Counted from the stretch's first letter, positions 11,921 through 25,949 are shown. The stretch is 64,000 bases of DNA from Nageia nagi (GCA_050084985.1 JBITNC010000001.1:125054001-125118000); one strand, 5' to 3'. Notes: generated by a model from the letters alone, not told the origin. Program-made: numbers and translations.

Positions 11921-14900
11921 TATTTGCTACATAAGAATGTGAAATAATAAGCATGTGGTTTTAATAAACAACATTAAATGTTAAGTTTTAACCAAATAAA
12001 TAATACATGTTACATTTAACACTAAAGACATGCTTGATTTGATTCACAAGTGCAAATGTTTTACAATTCAAATAATAACCCATGTACCCAAATACATTTC
12101 TCATCTCAAGAACTATATATGTAGAGTGACATTGTTGAGGCTTGTTTTCTTGTCTAAAATTAGGCCTTCACCTGGATGCCCATACAAGAGGAGCTTAGGT
12201 CCTACCAATCCTCAACCAGTTCCCCTTGGTCAACAATATACTCTCATAAGGAGAAGTGCTAGCTATTTTCCAAGGTTCCGACGTTTATTGGATCGGCCAA
12301 ATTATTAATCTTGATTAGGTTTCAAGTTGTCCTCTTAGGTTATCAGGATAATTCTTGAATGGACGTGTGGATATGTGGTATCACTACACACATATTTGTC
12401 CATCTATTGGAGTTAAATTCAGACCAATAGAGGACTTAGGGGCAATTGAAAAGTATAGATTTTTCACCACTTGGATCGTCGAACTTAAAGGTTCTAGTCC
12501 GTCTGTTCTCACCTCATGGCTCCCTGAACAAGTCATGTTGCGAAATGTATGTGCGGATGTGTTCATCTTAAGGGGTTGCTCATTTCAATGTTTGCGATTT
12601 TGCATAAGTAAATAAAGCAAAAGTGCGAAACATGAAGTAAAAGAGCATAAAAAAAAATCATCCATCTGCAATTTGAAACCGAAGAGTCCAATGGGTTTTG
12701 TTTACCACCCCTTAAAGGACATTTTTTCATCAACTTTATTTTGCACAAATCCATTAACTTTGCATAAGAGCATGCATCAATCCATAACTTTAAAAAATTA
12801 AGCATGCATTATTATTTTTTCAGAAGAACTAGTCCATTCATGAAAAATTTAAGAGGCATAAACATGCATTTTTAAGTCATAAGCATGCATCTTAAAATTT
12901 TAAATCCTAAGTATGCATTTTGATTTTTTTAAAAAATATCTAACTTAAATTTTAAGTCCTTAAGCATTTATCATCAAAAAATTAAGTTCTAAGCAAGTAT
13001 TAGGCATGCATAATATTTAAGTACTAAGCATGCATTTATTAACTTAACAATTTTAAGTAAGCATCCATTATTCCATACCTTAAAAAGTAAGTATGCATTA
13101 TCCTATTACTTTGCATAAGTTAACTTTGCAAAAGAAATTTAGAAAGATGCAATATTTTGTCAACTCTAACATGCAATATGTAGATAAATATTTAAGTAAA
13201 AAATTATACAAATTCCCCCTTCTTTTACTTAAACAATTATCCCTAAAGATAACATACTAGTTTACCTTGACTAAGGAAATAATGTGAAAAACTTGTATGC
13301 TAAAAAAATCTTCTAAAAATTATTCCCTCTTGTTAGAGATACTTAGCAAAAAAAATTCCTATAAGCATTGACTATAATAAATTCCTCCTTTGTGAAAAAT
13401 GATGCTAGGCTTTCCAATAAAGTATTGTCAGAAGTTTTTTTTTTTTTAAATTACTTTTCCAAACAAAACTTTAGTAATCCTCTCATATTTTTCTCCAAGT
13501 AGATAAGTTCAAAAAAAAAAATCACAAGCCATCATTCACTTATCTAAACTCCTACAAGAAATTAAATGAAAGGAAAGACCCTCATGCCACTCCAAGCAAT
13601 TAAAGAAGACAAAAGGTAAATGATTACTAAGTTAACATGTAAACAATCCATTAAAATTGAATGCACCAACTAAAAAAAAAGGTCTGCCAAAAAATTACGT
13701 GCAAAGTCCATCCAAGCAAGTAAAAGAAGAAGGCATTCAAGTAGCTTGAGGCATTAAAGATGCACTAAGGGAATTGAGGGAGAATCCCAGAGAAAGGTGA
13801 GAGAATGCATAGTCATGAGGGTGTGCAAAGGACACAAAAAAAAGTGAATGGGGAAGGTTGCAAGTTGAAGGAGCAGAGGCGAAGGCCAAGTTATGGAGCT
13901 ACAAGGGCAAAGGCGTAGAGACAACAACCCACGAGGGCTTTTCAACAGGCTTTGAGGGCGCGTAGGCCACAGATAGCAGAGGTGGAGATGGAGGTCGAAG
14001 GGGGTGGGCGGTAGTTGAAGAAAAAAAAGCAATAAAATTTCCTAGAGATCTCGAGTTCGATCCTCGTGCCGCACAAATTTTAACCTATCCGCTGAAGTTG
14101 TGCCGTTACCTACGCTAAAGCGATGTGAATTTTCTCCGTTTTGATAGTCAGATATTGAGGATTGCGTAGGCAAAATTCTGACGATGAAACACTAGAGAAG
14201 AAATTTTTGAAAATCAAAATTTAACCCTCCTTGATAATTTCTTCGGGTAGTAATTTTGTAATGGTCGGACATGGTGAATGCTGTTTTTTAGGGTCGATTA
14301 CAAATTTTTCATGAAGTCGTGGGAGGTGGAGGCTTGATGAGAGGTGCCGTGCGAGAGAAAAAGTCGCGGGAGGTGGAGGGGCCGCGAAGGCAGGAGTTTG
14401 TAGCTATGCAGGTGCTATGGTGGGATGGAGCCCCGGTGGGGAGATCGAGGTTGCGTGGAGGCACCATGAGGTGGTGTGAATGGGCTCAAAGCCTTGAACA
14501 AAAAATCAACCCTGCCAAAAAGGAGGCAGAGGGAGCAGGTGTCACACTCGGGCGAAGGTGGAGGTGGCGGTTGGGTTCAAAGCCCTCAAACAAAAGTGAA
14601 AAAATCAATCCTTCAAAAACCTTGATTTTTTTTTAATTTTTTGAAGAATAATAAATGCCTCTTCATATTTGAACAAAAATTGAAGAGTTTTTTTTTTTGT
14701 AAAGTATATACTCAAATAAAAAATAAATCTTTTATGTATGAAGTATATTTTTGTAAAAAAATTGCAATGTTTTGCCAAATAAAGTGAAGTGAATATAGTA
14801 TACTAAATGCAATTTTTATATACTATCCTCTTAAGTAAAAAAAATCACTATATTAAGCAATTTTTTTTTTTTTTTAAATACTACCAACATAAGAGGCTAG

Positions 14901-16287
14901 TGTAAATTAAAAATTGCATTATATTGCTTTATTTGACAAAAAAAGAGAAACTAACACATGGAAAATAATATGTTAGTAGCAAAATGTAATAATAAAAAAA
15001 TGACCAAGAAGGAAGGATATTATACCTTCTCTTAGTTTTACCTCAACAAGAGAGTGTAGGATGAGGAATTAAGAAGGATCACCAAGATGTAGCTTCCACA
15101 CCAATGATGTGAATATGAGCCTCCAACTTGGCTCTGATACCAAATGAAAGAATTGCACTATAAGTGTACAATCCTAAACTACCAAGATCACATGAAAGCT
15201 CTCAATTCACATCTAACTATCACACAAAGCAATCTCACAAAGATAACACAAGATGTAAGTGGTTCCTCCAACTAGGAGTACATCCACTAACTAGATCTCT
15301 CTTCTTAACAAATATGAACTCTTACAATCCTTCTACTCTTTGCTCCTAATCACTATCCTATAGCATTATTTTAATCCACAATTGGTGTGTGATCACAAAG
15401 AGGGAGCCTTCTATTTATAGGCCAAAATACCTTTTTGGATCACCCTTTTATCAATTTACAAAAGCATGACATGCACATCCTTTTACCCAAGGGGCATGCT
15501 TATGACATGGAGTGTAGGACAAGTTATATTATCATATTCACTTAAATACTTAAGGTATCAAATGATACCTTCAAGTATTAATGAACTTACATAGAAGATT
15601 TAATACAAACCTTTACAATAATGCATTATACATTCCAACAGTCTTAGCCCTTTGGTGGGACGTCAACTCCCTTTGGACTCTTGGAGTAATTTTGTGCTCC
15701 TCGAGGATTCAATCTTGGTTTGTCATTGTAACATGAGACAATTGGTATTTATCTCATATTTTTCGTGTCTGATTTATTTGCCTAAATTTTGGAGTATTTG
15801 TGCTTGAGTTGGATGCGTAAGTTATTTGGCCCTAATTTTCGTATTTTGAGCATTTGCATGATTTGACCTATTTTTATGAGCAATTTGGTGCATGTTTGAA
15901 TTAATTTCCTTTTCCATATGAGCTAGGGCATCATTTTTGGTGATTTTGAGAATATACTAAATTTTAGAGTAATAAGGGAAATTGGAATTTGCTATATTTG
16001 CTATAAGTCTTGCTTGCCCTAGTTTGGAATGTTTCATACCATAGGTAGTCTATTTCCTTCTTGTATTTCCGTAAACATTGAAACCCAATGTTTTGTGTTA
16101 TCCATTTGATTTACAATAAACATTAAGGCAGTGTCATGAGAATTAATTTATTGATTTATGCCGATTTTAAAATATTATGTATTCTTCAGTAGATTGACTT
16201 ACAAAATCAATGAACTTGAATTTCAACTTTCTTTCAACAGGTTTGATGATTTTTTCTAAAATATGATTTCTGTTTTTGGGGTGGCAG

Positions 16288-16373
16288 GCATGCACGTCCA
16301 GGTAGCCCATATGTATATGGACTTGCAGGTGCTGATATCGATGTGGAGTTTCCTGAGCCAGTGCCTGTAGTTG
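16288..16373 (+). CDS. MSH1: MSH1 exon (HARPGSPYVYGLAGADIDVEFPEPVPVVG)
   Basis: ggcag| and |gtatgc; matches MSH1 HAHPGSPYVYGL...FPDPMPVVG; phases consistent. Confidence 0.96.
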
Positions 16374-17834
16374 GTATGCTGTGGATATGGAGTTATACTT
16401 TTTTTAATCCTTTGTATTGTTTGATCTAACAATACTTCTATCCTAGTTCTCAGCATCTATGTCGGAAACTAATCACTGTTGCCTATTTTGTTTCTTTTTG
16501 TGGGGTATTACTTCTTAAACTCAATGGAAAATTTCATCCACAGTGATACTCTATTGTTTAGTGTTGAACCAAATTATTATGTTTATTAAATAGAAACTGA
16601 GTTTTATCTCATAACTCAGTCAATGCTACCTCTCTATTATCTGGTTCATTCTTTCTTTCTGTATGTTGTATGATTTTCTCGGATGTGAAGTTCAAATCCT
16701 CTATGGGACCCGGGCATAACTTTTGAAACATTTTATTAAGTTGTAAGTTTTGTTGATGTACGTAAAGGTTCTTTTGTAGGTCTCAAGTTTTGGCGAACTT
16801 GAAGAAAAAAATTCAAAACTCACTAAATTAGAAAGTACATGAAATTGATCTGTTTAAGTTTGCCCTTAAAATTCTTGGTAAAATTTGTTGAAGAATGTGC
16901 CACTTCTGGAAAATTGCATTCTTTTGTCAAAAACCTCGTTCATGCCTAGTAAGACTGAGAAATTTGAAAATATGTAATACCTTGATTTATGAAATTATGA
17001 GCTTAGTGTGCAAATGTTTTCTGGAGTTTTTCAAGGCAGCCTTCATTCAAATTTTATGGCATTTGAATTTGAACTTGAATGCGAACCTTTTGACTTTGGT
17101 TCATTTATGCTGTATTTGGTGCTGTGGTTTATGCTTGTGGAAGTTTTAACATGTGACATGTTCTTGGAAATGTGAACGCTTCTGAAATGGAAATGCTTTA
17201 GGAAGTGCAAGCCACTAGGCCTCTAGAAAATTGGGAAATAGTAAAAGGATTTGGATTGTCTAAACCATAGCTATATCATGAATATGATTAGACAAGCCAC
17301 AAATTATAACATAACCAATATAACATTAAGTTTATAAAAGTGAAACATAATAATTCATTCATTATAAATTTCATAACATTTAACAGTAGGAATTTTACTT
17401 TTCAATGTGTTATCAAGTTGAACCATTTTCCAACGTTATATGAATTCCCACCTAATTTGGTTTCAACTAAAAAATCTTATGCATGCCACTTTCTTTGAAA
17501 GCTTATATGTACTTACTCAAGCATTTATCTGTCTAAATTCCAAGTGTAGTGTACTATTACCTGAACACCAAAGTAGCACATTGAAATAGAGACTTTGAAG
17601 AAGGCAACCACCATAACAAAGGAGAAACCACATGGAATTAAGATTCGTATGGAATTAACTTGTTTAGTTGTTGACTTGTGCAGCATTAAGATTTGTATGG
17701 AATTAACCTCTGCAGCCTCTAAATGTGTCTAATTGTGGATTTGTATCCTTTTTGGTTAAAATCACTTGCCTAAAAAAGCTATGGATTTGATTAAGTAAGT
17801 GTCCTGTGATTTAATTTTAAGTTTGATATTGCAG

Positions 17835-17999
17835 GTATATCTCGTTCAGCACGAGGGTATCGCTTTATTTCTGTTTTAGAGACAATGCAAACATTTTCTG
17901 TTGAGGATGGACTAACAGAAGAAGCAGTAGTTGCCAAATTGCGAGCACGACCTTGTCACTCGCTTTTCTTGCATTCTTCATTGAGAAAAAATTTATCAG
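17835..17999 (+). CDS. MSH1: MSH1 exon (ISRSARGYRFISVLETMQTFSVEDGLTEEAVVAKLRARPCHSLFLHSSLRKNLSG)
   Basis: ttgcag| and |gtttaa; open frame; GISRSARGY and DGLTEEA are MSH1 motifs. Confidence 0.97.
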
Positions 18000-19054
18000 G
18001 TTTAATTTTCATAGTTTCCAAGGTTATTTATTGAAAGAATTTATACTCGAAGTGTTCTTTAGCATGTGGAGTCTTTGTCAGTCATACAACTTATTGATGT
18101 TAATGAATATTTTTCTGTGGTGTGAATAGCGTCAGCCTCAGGTCAAATCTGTTATCCGTATATTCTAACCTGTAATCAAATCATATTCCTTGTATCTTCT
18201 GATCTCTGTCATTGAATCCTTATACAAGCTTAAATATAATAGGCATTTAACTTTACAAGAGGATTAATTATAGTTCAGCATTTGATAAATCCTACTTTAT
18301 TACTGCCTTGATGCCTATGTTATATTTGCCACTATGCCAAGAAGTATGATGAAAGCATAAACTTCTTAAGTCTCGATGGAGCTTTACTTGTTTAAATACA
18401 AGTTTATATAGAAGAGACAAGCTAGATCCATGGTCTACCTTTTCTGTTCTTAGTGAATTAGTTTTAATTTAGAAGAACTGAAACCAAAACATTGGATAAG
18501 GATTTGCAGTTAAACACATTTTCCCTTTGTAATTCCATGTTGAATTTGCATTGTGCTGGGTAAGGAATGCATGAACAAGTATAAAAATGTTATATACTTG
18601 GAAACATGGGTATTCACCGAATCCATACAATTTCATTGTTATAGATTTGACAATATTAAAGATCATCTTTGTTCCTGAAATCCTTTTTCTAGATGTTTTG
18701 TCAAGGTTTATTGGACCTTTTTCTTTCTTTACAACCATTTCCTGAAAACCAGTGCATTGATGTAAAATTTTCATTGCCCACCCTACTGGTATCTCACATT
18801 AGTGACGATCATAGTTTCAAGGTTTGGGTGGACCTGGCCAAGGTTCTGTCCAATCCAAACATTTTAGACGGATCAAACCAGTGCAGTTCATTCTGGTCCT
18901 CCTCCTGTTCTGGCGGCAAAAACCTACCAAAAAAACACTTGGTCCCACATGCACCTGTACTTGCACGTGTATACTGCTTGAATTATGCAATACAGATGGA
19001 AAAGGGAACAGATAAAGCCTGCATCAGACAACAGGAGAATTAGCAAGAATGGTG

Positions 19055-21446
19055 TCTATGGTAGCACCAAACTAAGCTGCCTTTTTCTGAACTAATTTGT
19101 GTGTCGTATTGGCCATGACTCCCAATGATCTCAAGATGTGCCCATCGATAGATTCAGGAGTGCCTATCGATTGACGACATCTTTACCCTTCAGGCTATTA
19201 TTGAGGAGGCTTGCCAACGGTCCTCCAAAGTCTTCTACTGTTTTGTTGACTTTAGAAAAGCTTTTGAGGTTTCTCTTTCTCCAAAGTCTTCGTAACATTG
19301 GTATATTTGATTCCCTCATTTTAGCTATCACAACACTATTTGAGATGGTGGTTGGTTGATTTTGGACTCCCCATGGCCTCTTTGACTTTGTTATAAGTAC
19401 CATCGAAGTCAAACATGGTTGTCTCCTGTTTTTTGTATCTATGTAGATGAGCTTGAGGATTTCCTTTGACACCACACCCATGTGGATGATAGTTGTTTTC
19501 TTCATGATTTGTTTATTGCTTTGATTTTTCTACTAATGTGGTCATCCTTTATCACTTTGTCGAGGGTTTATAGAGATAGAAGGACACTCTTTCTTGCTTT
19601 TGCGATCTTTGACAACTTGTGGTTAATCTTTGCGAAGCAAAGGCTATAATTTTTAATACTTCCAAGGATTCTACTGTCAAGTTCCAATTTTTCTACAAAG
19701 GGGAGCCATTGGAGGTCACCACTTCTTACACTTACTTAGGGGTTCTATTTTTTGGACCTCTTTTTAGTTTAAGACTTGCCTTTGAGTTGCATCTTTGCAA
19801 TGGTTTTGCTTCCCTCTCTTTCTTGGGATGCCAATGTTTTCAAATCCATTTTCAAGATATCCCTTCAAAGATGCATCTCTTCAATGTCGTCGTTCGACCT
19901 ACAAACCACCTATGGGTCTGAGGTTTGGGGGCCCAATTTGCATTCCATTGATTGGGCTCACTTTGAGCTGGTTTAAACTTTGATGGTCCAATGTTTGGTC
20001 CATTCTCTAGGTTTAATTTTTCACCTTGCCCCTTTGCCTTGAATGCATCTTTCTATATTCACAAATTTTATGTATGGGAGACTTTGCTTCTAGTTGTGTG
20101 AAATATCTGTTTCTAGCTCTTTGCTCCTTTGAAGAGATCCTCTCCTTAGGCTCCTTCAGTCGTTGATGTTGTTGTTTCTCTGAGATTGTTTTGCTCCTCC
20201 AATCTATTGGTCTCTCCATTGATCAACTATCTCCCCTCAAATAATCTTTGGATGCTCCCCCTCGACACTATCCCTTGAAAGAGAGTATTTGTAGGTTTGG
20301 TTGGTTTGGCATTTACCAAAAGCACACTCTATTCACATAGACTTCTCCCCTTGTACTACTTTGCCCTAAGCTTGCTTTCTATGTGGAGCATGTTTTACAG
20401 GATGTTGATGGTATCATTAGTCGACACATCTATCTCCATCATCATTGGTTGCATGGCTTGAGGATCCCTCTTGGTTAGTCAAGAGTTTGCTTCCACTAGC
20501 TTCATATCACAATTGACCACCATATTCCACATGAGGATTGCATTTGTTGTCTTTGCTCCATCTAGGAAGTGGAATTTAAAGACCACTTTATTTTCAGATG
20601 CCCTATCTATTATGAGATCTCGGGGAGGTTCCATTGCTGATTCAGAGACTTTGGCAACTATCTCTCCACTTTCTTCTACTATCCCGATCGACGGTGCTTG
20701 CCCTTTTACATTCAAGAGGTTGTCACTCTCAAACATAGATCTCTATAGGAGGCCCCTATAGTTGCTTGATTGCTTTGTTCTTTTAGAACATCACATCTAT
20801 TGGAGGTATTAACCACCTTCAATACACTGTAAATTCCTAACGGTATCAAGTTAGTTTGGCGGCCTTCTTCATCTCACACTTGTACCCAAATTCCCCAACG
20901 ACCTCCCCACCCCCAAGCTAGAGATCCTCCTCACATCTACTATTGGAGCAACAAAGGCAATCCCTTATTACCGCTTTCTTCTTTGCTACTAGTAGTCCTT
21001 CAGCATTGGATGCTAGGAGTTGTTCGAGCGACAATATTTGTTCTCCCTCTAGGATGGTCCAATCCATTCTGCCCAGATAGAGACTTTATCCCACAACCAT
21101 TGCTTGGAACCTTTTGTGGTGGTTGATGTCATAGCCATTGGTTCTTTTTATCAATGCTCTGCTTTAGGCTTCTGGCAGTGCTTGGTTCTTGTGATGCTCC
21201 TCCCCTTCGACTTTTCTTGGTTCTTTTTCTCTTTATTTTTCTTGGAGGGATCCTCCCTTTTTGCATATTAAACTTTTGGGTTAGGTTTTGGGGTTTTTTT
21301 TTTGCTTATGGCTCCTTTGTTTTATTTTAGTTTCTTTCCCTAGGGTCTTTTTCCCTATCTTATTTCTATTTCTTTGGCTGTACTGCTGAGTCCTTTTGAT
21401 ATTTTTGGTCACTCGTGGATATAATTTCTTTCTTTCTTTCTTTCTT
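19055..21446 (+). mobile_element. 5'-truncated, degenerate non-LTR retrotransposon (RTE/RTEX-like)
   Basis: RT motifs DDIFTLQAIIEE (19173-), FVDFRKAF (about 19242) and YTYLGV (about 19727); C-terminal CCLC..EVE.KDHFIFRCPIYYEI zinc finger at 20533-20620; 3' (TTTC)5 tail at 21425-21446. Clade assignment is inference. Confidence 0.85.
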
Positions 21447-22870
21447 ATCATTATGTTATATATGGCCTGATGAGTGTGTTCACAGGATTGGAGATTCTTT
21501 AAATTATAAGATTTGTGGGAAAGTTTGGATTATATGAAGTGCATGCATGTTTAGAGGATGTACATTAGGTCATATTTAATAGATTGCATGCCAGATACTA
21601 ATGATTACTTATTGTATATGTGCATGAGTACTTGTTGCAGTCATTTTTTGACCTATTTAGCATGAAGACACCTACAGGTTTTTGTGAGGTTTTTTGAAAG
21701 CATTTAAGCCTCAGTATCTGGTTGAAAGCATTCTCAAGCAGAAAATACTATTCTTATTGTATGTTCAATTTTTTCACTCCTGCATGATGTGGTATGTTTC
21801 CTGGATAGCATTTGTGATTGTCATTCTCTTGCTCTATCTGATATTACTTTTTTTCTGTTCTTTAGGTCTATAGCTTATCCATGCCTACATTGTCAACAGG
21901 TCCTAATTTAACATTATTCCTTTAAACTTCTTACACCCTGGGATTATTTGATTGATGTTTTCATATTTTGGAGAATGATTTATGGTAATTAGAAATTGCA
22001 TGTATTCCAGTTTGGAAAACGGACAATAGAAATATAATGCTACTTATTACAAAGATAACCCATTAGTTGATTCAAATTTCAAAATTTCATTGTTTGATCA
22101 TTGATGTTTTTCCACGACAATTGATTTTAAAACTTATCCACCTTTTGAACTGGAAGACCCCTGTAACTGTTAATAACTTAATATACTATGTGTATGTTGT
22201 ATTTATAGTCTACTATCTGTAAGCATCTCTCTTGCATGCATTTCAAAATCTTTGGATAAGAAAACTAATAAGTTCAGTTGACAGTAAACTGGATTGAGCC
22301 AAAATAACTTTGCACAAAGTTTCTTCACTCTTTCTGGTTTTTATTTTGCTCAGGATTGCCATTTTATATTGGATATATTGGACTGCAACTGCCATATGGT
22401 TTGAGATTCTTTTCATACAATGATAGGTTGGTTTGCAACAGCTACACATAAACACATAACATCTATGGCAGGTTCTTTGTTGGAGCTCCAAAATGTGGTA
22501 TTCTACACATGATTTTGAGCTCTAGTTTTTTTTATCAATAGTCTCTTTTTGATACGAGTGATTGCATACTGTATGGTTCACTGTGTAGCTCAGTTTGTGA
22601 TCCCAAATAACAAATAATTTAATATGGAATATTGAAAATGATGTTTTATGAATTAGGGACTACTTATTTTGAAGTTTGTTATAGCATTTACCGTCTTTTG
22701 GATATCCTTGACATAAATATGGTTTTATAAGTTTAAACTTTAAAATAGAAAGGAGAACATTTTAATGAACATTAAATAGAATTGTAAAGAAAAAATGAAA
22801 TTATATAATTTTTATCTTGTTTCTATCGTCTATGTATATGGTCATAGTAATTCGTGTTATGCTTTTCCAG

Positions 22871-22980
22871 GGACTTCAAGATGGAGTGCATTTGGTGAAG
22901 GGGGATTATTGTGGGGAGAATGTTCTCTTAAGCATTATGAATGGTTTCATGGTGATCCTGTTACACAGCTTTTGTCGAAG
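22871..22980 (+). CDS. MSH1: MSH1 exon (TSRWSAFGEGGLLWGECSLKHYEWFHGDPVTQLLSK)
   Basis: ttccag| and |gtaagg; FGEGGLLWGEC is an MSH1 motif. Confidence 0.97.
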
Positions 22981-24756
22981 GTAAGGCTTATGAGGTATGA
23001 TCATATTTGTTTCCTTTATTTGAACCTTCATTCTTTGTTCTCTACTATGTTAAGGGCCTAACATGATGTTCAATTACATGTGAAGAAAATTCTTGTGTCA
23101 GTCTTCAGAAAGAAAGTATTGATTCCATCATAATGCAATATTTTCTCATCTGTGCAAAAGTGAGCTTCCTTGATTAGAGTTTGTTTGAGAAAAGTGGAAG
23201 ATTGAGTGCTTTTTTTTTGGATGGCAGTTCTGGAGCATGCTTTGTCGAAACCCAAAATAGTATGTGTTTCACCTTGTAATGTTTTTGATGCAATGACTAG
23301 CATAAAATAAGTAGCATTCTGTATGTTTTTGAAATGTGTGACAGACATCCAAGCCAAAAAGTGGGATTCTTTGGTTTTGCTCAAGAACACATTGTGCTAT
23401 CTGATTTCTGCTTGGGTACAATTTTGAATTGTTATTACACTCAAACTACTTATTGTAGACATGCGTGTGCTCTACCTTATGTTTGACTAGAAGTTATGGA
23501 CACTGGTTAAATTGAGTAAACCAGGCCTACATTGAGTGATCGTCAAGAAAAGCAAGTAGAACACCAAAAACCTGTAGAGATATCTGGAAATTGATTTGAT
23601 ATTCTCCCCATAAAAACTCTGCTTATTGTTGTTATTCAAGCTCAGTTATGGGATGCTATTGGATGTTAAGTGATATGTAATGACCATAGTACTCTATTGG
23701 ATGCTGAGTGAAGATTTAAATAGAATGAACGAGAAGGCTGGTCTCAAAGTACCATTTGTGATGTTGTCCACCCAAACTTCAAGTGGCTCCCACATATAAC
23801 TGCAAAGGTCTAAGCAGGGATGTTTCATCTTAGCCATCATGTTGTGATCAATGCACATGAGACTATGGAGGTGGAAGATGATCCTAAAGATGTTGTGAAG
23901 ACATAATGGCTAGGAAAGTTTGGCTTGAACAACATTACATGGGGGATTTACTTTTACAATGGATTGAACATCGGAGAAGTAGAGGCTTACTACTTAGTAT
24001 GTGAGCATATCCTAAAGTGGTACTCCCCAAACCTTGGAAGATGTGCATATTAGTGGGTAACTCCTGAAAATGTTGTTGGAAGCATTGGCATTTGAGAGCG
24101 GAGAGAGGCATAAACTTTACAAGAAGTGCTTTTGCAACAAGTCTAGTTTTGATAGGGACTTTCCTATAGAATAGTTGTTAATAGCTAAAAGCATAGGTGA
24201 ACCAATTGGTGAAGTGTTTGGTTTAATGACTTCTTGATAAAGAAACATATAAGGTAGCCCAAAATTTGGTTCGTATTTGGGAGGGCCTTGTAAATTGGAC
24301 TCCTAAATATATGTAATATGTAGTGGGAGAAAGAGGGGACTCTTGTTTGACCTCAATAACAGTCAAAACTTGTTCAGAAATGTCTAATTACAATTTCATA
24401 CAATATCATAATAGCAACGGTGAGGAGGGAAGGGTCTTAACATCATGTAGTTGTTGGAACAAATGATGCCTTGACACTGTATCAAAGGACTTCATATGTT
24501 TGAGGATGACTGCCCACTTGTTATATCTTTGGGATGCTGTAAGCTGACTATAATCTTTTGAAATTGCTCCACTTCAGGCAATTAAGATCTACTGGTTGAC
24601 ATCTCTGGAGGCTTGTATATTTTCAACATTGGTTTGATTTGCATTTTCTTAAAATTATAGGGTAATGAATTAATCGCTATTTCTTATTTTTGTAAATACA
24701 ACCATAGAAATGTATCAAAATTTTTGAGTTTGACTAGGCACTTTCATGTGTTGAAG

Positions 24757-24862
24757 GTAAGGGAACTATATGGGCTTGATCTGGAGCAGAACTTTCGTAA
24801 TATAACCATCCCTTGTGAGGAGAAGCCCCGACCTCTTTACCTTGGAACTGCTACTCATATAG
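24757..24862 (+). CDS. MSH1: MSH1 exon (VRELYGLDLEQNFRNITIPCEEKPRPLYLGTATHIG)
   Basis: tgaag| and |gtaaaa; PRPLxLGTAT motif. Confidence 0.96.
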
Positions 24863-25032
24863 GTAAAAATTTTAATATTCTTTGGTCTACCTTGGAATTT
24901 ATATAGTAGTCATGAGTCTTTTGAGATTTGTTTTTGATATTTTACCTACTATTCCTCTTTCATATGATCATAAGGTCTTGATGCATCTTGTCATAGTGCT
25001 GTTTGAGTTTTTTGGGATATTGTATATTGCAG

Positions 25033-25108
25033 GTATTATGCCTGCAGAGGGGATTCCCAGCTTGTTGAAAGTGCTTCTACCACCAGACTGCATTGGTCTT
25101 TCTAAATT
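25033..25108 (+). CDS. MSH1: MSH1 exon (IMPAEGIPSLLKVLLPPDCIGLSKL)
   Basis: ttgcag| and |gtaagc; EGIPxLLKVLLP motif. Confidence 0.96.
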
Positions 25109-25949
25109 GTAAGCAAAAGTGGTGACTACTGTTTTGCAGTATTAGATGGAATTTCCTTTTCATGTGTGCAATTGTTATGATTGCTTGTATCACCTACGTT
25201 GCTGACACCTTACGATTGATTGATTTCATTATATTTGGATAGTAGGCTGTGTACATAGGGATTAGTAATTATTACAAAAATATCATATAAATAGGAGCGT
25301 ATGTAATGCTTATAATCATCATATTGGAAAATTAAATCTTCATTAGTTATTTCCAAATATTTAGATGTTCTCTTGAAGTCGGAAAGCTAGTGGAAGTTCA
25401 CCCCCTCAAATTTGTGGAGGCTATTATCTTTGGACTTTTACTGTGCAATATTTTGCTATTTGAAGTTATTCTTTAGTTGCTTTTCAATTATGTTGTTGTA
25501 ATTGGGATATTGTTCTGTTATTTTTGTTGGCTAGTGAGTAAGAACAATTTAGAGTGTTCATTTACACACAACAATGCATGAGTTAAGAGTTAAGTAAAAT
25601 GAACAAAAACTTATGAGCCTTTTTGGAAGGCATAAATTTGTTGGCATGCAGTTGAAAGACTTTTTGTTTTGTGTTTTCTTTGTTGCTGTGAGATTTCTTT
25701 TTTGTTAGACCAAAAAAAGGCCACTGGTAAATTAAGGGGTCTTTTATAAAGGAATTCAAAACCTGTTTTTAAAGATTTGCAATAGCATAGGCAACAACCT
25801 GCTATTGTTTATTTTAGAGTACATTTACTAATCCCAGAAAATTGGCACCTATTTCTTACATATTTTAGTTTTTTTGGAGAGTGGGACTTCTATGAAGAGC
25901 TTAGCACTTCGTTCTTCTGTAACTTGTAGTAGTAAGCATTCATTCTTCT

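Larger units (their letters stand above)
6751..15640 (-). mobile_element. Full-length but decayed Ty1/Copia LTR retrotransposon, 8.9 kb
   Basis: LTRs at 6751-7248 and 15145-15640 (TG...CA, about 22 differences in about 497 bp by eye); perfect TSD GTCTT; PBS TGGTATCAGAGC (tRNA-iMet) at 15131-15142; PPT AAGAGGGAG at 7249-7257; domain order gag-PR-IN-RT-RH. Confidence 0.97.
5927..16036 (+). mobile_element. Solo LTR of about 1.2 kb (5927-6750 + 15646-16036), split by the Copia insertion
   Basis: TGTAATATTCC...GGAATGTTTCA termini; flanks TACTA/TACCA (4/5); TATA box tttatataag near 6551. Confidence 0.7.

Noticed and set aside
14030-14110. Complete tRNA gene
   Set aside because: Only a T-arm-like motif is present; no acceptor, D or anticodon arms could be built.
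23590-24600. Possible coding relic in the intron
   Set aside because: It is purine-rich and looks coding, but has many stops and no motif I can assign.
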